A DNA stretch of 43,227 nucleotides, taken from a virus. Taxonomy: Duplodnaviria > Caudoviricetes. Shown here in pieces: positions 42,585 to 43,227 of the stretch (position 1 is the first letter of the stretch; every line of letters begins with the position of its first letter). A program made the translations under genes and the position numbers. Location of the stretch: the IMG/VR virus record IMGVR_UViG_3300024275_000012, positions 1-43,227 of that record; one strand, given 5' to 3'. Under the pieces are notes generated by a model. It did not search any database and was not told the origin of the DNA. It saw nothing but the letters and a program-made list of their open reading frames with translations.

Positions 42585-42955
42585 GCGCCCGTGACGAGGC
42601 GGTGGAGATGATCCGCCGGATCTGCCCGCCGCACCTGGACGCGGACGAGTACGGGCAGATCCTCGCGGAGAAGTTCGACGCCTACCGGGCCGAGGTTCTC
42701 GCCGAGCTGCGCGAGGCATCCCACCGCCGCAAGCGCGTCAGCCACAAGGCCGTCGCCGCTCAACTCCGCACACAGCCCGGCGAGTGGGGGCCTGTCGGCG
42801 ACTACAGCAGCAGCGCCAGCGCGGTAGGCATCGTCTCCCACATCCGGACCGCGTTCCTGGTCGCGTACCGCCCGGCCGGGGCGTATGAGGCGCGGACGGA
42901 AATGGTGGACGAGGGAACTCGGGTTCACGCCCGTTACGTCGGGGCCGCATCGTGA
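42581..42955 (+). CDS. Hypothetical phage protein
   Basis: GTGA coupling; AAQLRTQPGEW...YEAR...VHARYVG motif. Confidence 0.7.
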   Translation: MSARDEAVEMIRRICPPHLDADEYGQILAEKFDAYRAEVLAELREASHRRKRVSHKAVAAQLRTQPGEWGPVGDYSSSASAVGIVSHIRTAFLVAYRPAGAYEARTEMVDEGTRVHARYVGAAS

Positions 42956-43158
42956 CCGCCCGTCGTGTCGCCGTCGGCACCGTGTACTGGCTGGCCTTCG
43001 CCGTCCTCCCGCTGCTCGCTGTGATCGGCGCGGACTGCCTGCCCATCACCGACCCCGCCACCGCCTGGGTCGCCGACGTCGCGGCCGGATGCGCCGTCAT
43101 CGCCGCGCTCACGTGGCTGCCCCGCCCCTCCCGCCGAAAGGACAGTCGCCGTGGCTGA
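42952..43158 (+). CDS. Small two-TM membrane protein
   Basis: GTGA coupling; hydrophobic helices. Confidence 0.65.
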   Translation: MTARRVAVGTVYWLAFAVLPLLAVIGADCLPITDPATAWVADVAAGCAVIAALTWLPRPSRRKDSRRG

Positions 43159-43227
43159 CCAGTCCCGCCGCGAGGTGCTCCTCGCCGCCATACAGCACCA
43201 CGACCGTCCCGTCAGCACCGAGTTCGC
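43151..43227 (+). CDS. Hypothetical protein, truncated by the window edge
   Basis: AAAGGA RBS, GTG at 43151, open to the end. Confidence 0.5.
   Translation, partial: MADQSRREVLLAAIQHHDRPVSTEF

Larger units (their letters stand above)
1..43227. mobile_element. Temperate siphovirus-type actinophage or prophage, probably Streptomyces; extends beyond both window edges
   Basis: Complete terminase-portal-protease-capsid-tail-tape measure-lysis synteny, plus serine integrase and repressor/Cro switch; no host housekeeping genes seen. Confidence 0.95.

Overview
The whole 43.2 kb window is one high-GC temperate siphovirus-type phage of an actinomycete, most likely Streptomyces. That host call is inferred from codon usage, gene families and in-frame TTA codons. 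Gene order: end of the early region (1-4301); an accessory block (4370-11826); terS, terL, portal, an inserted EndoVII nuclease, Clp-type protease and HK97 capsid; head-tail and tail genes, including a tail chaperone with a -1 frameshift and the tape measure; lysis (32064-33959); right-arm accessory regulators (34049-37612); a large serine integrase; the repressor/Cro switch; and the start of the early operon. Phage genes lie on both sides of the integrase, so the attP-joined (unintegrated) arrangement may be shown. The strongest signal is a Streptomyces-plasmid-type DNA transfer module inside the phage (5198-9620). It has an operator-controlled divergent promoter, small Spd-like membrane genes, a multi-TM + GIY-YIG-like + HTH protein whose own gene holds a 21-bp-periodic palindromic DNA array, a TraB/FtsK translocase, and a clt-like 8-bp repeat locus. 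Other candidates: a structured ncRNA, an RHH/stand-alone WYL cassette, a signal-peptide-bearing tail-fibre-like domain and a TTA (bldA)-gated operon. All family calls come from motif recognition by eye; no searches were run. No tRNA, rRNA or CRISPR array was seen.
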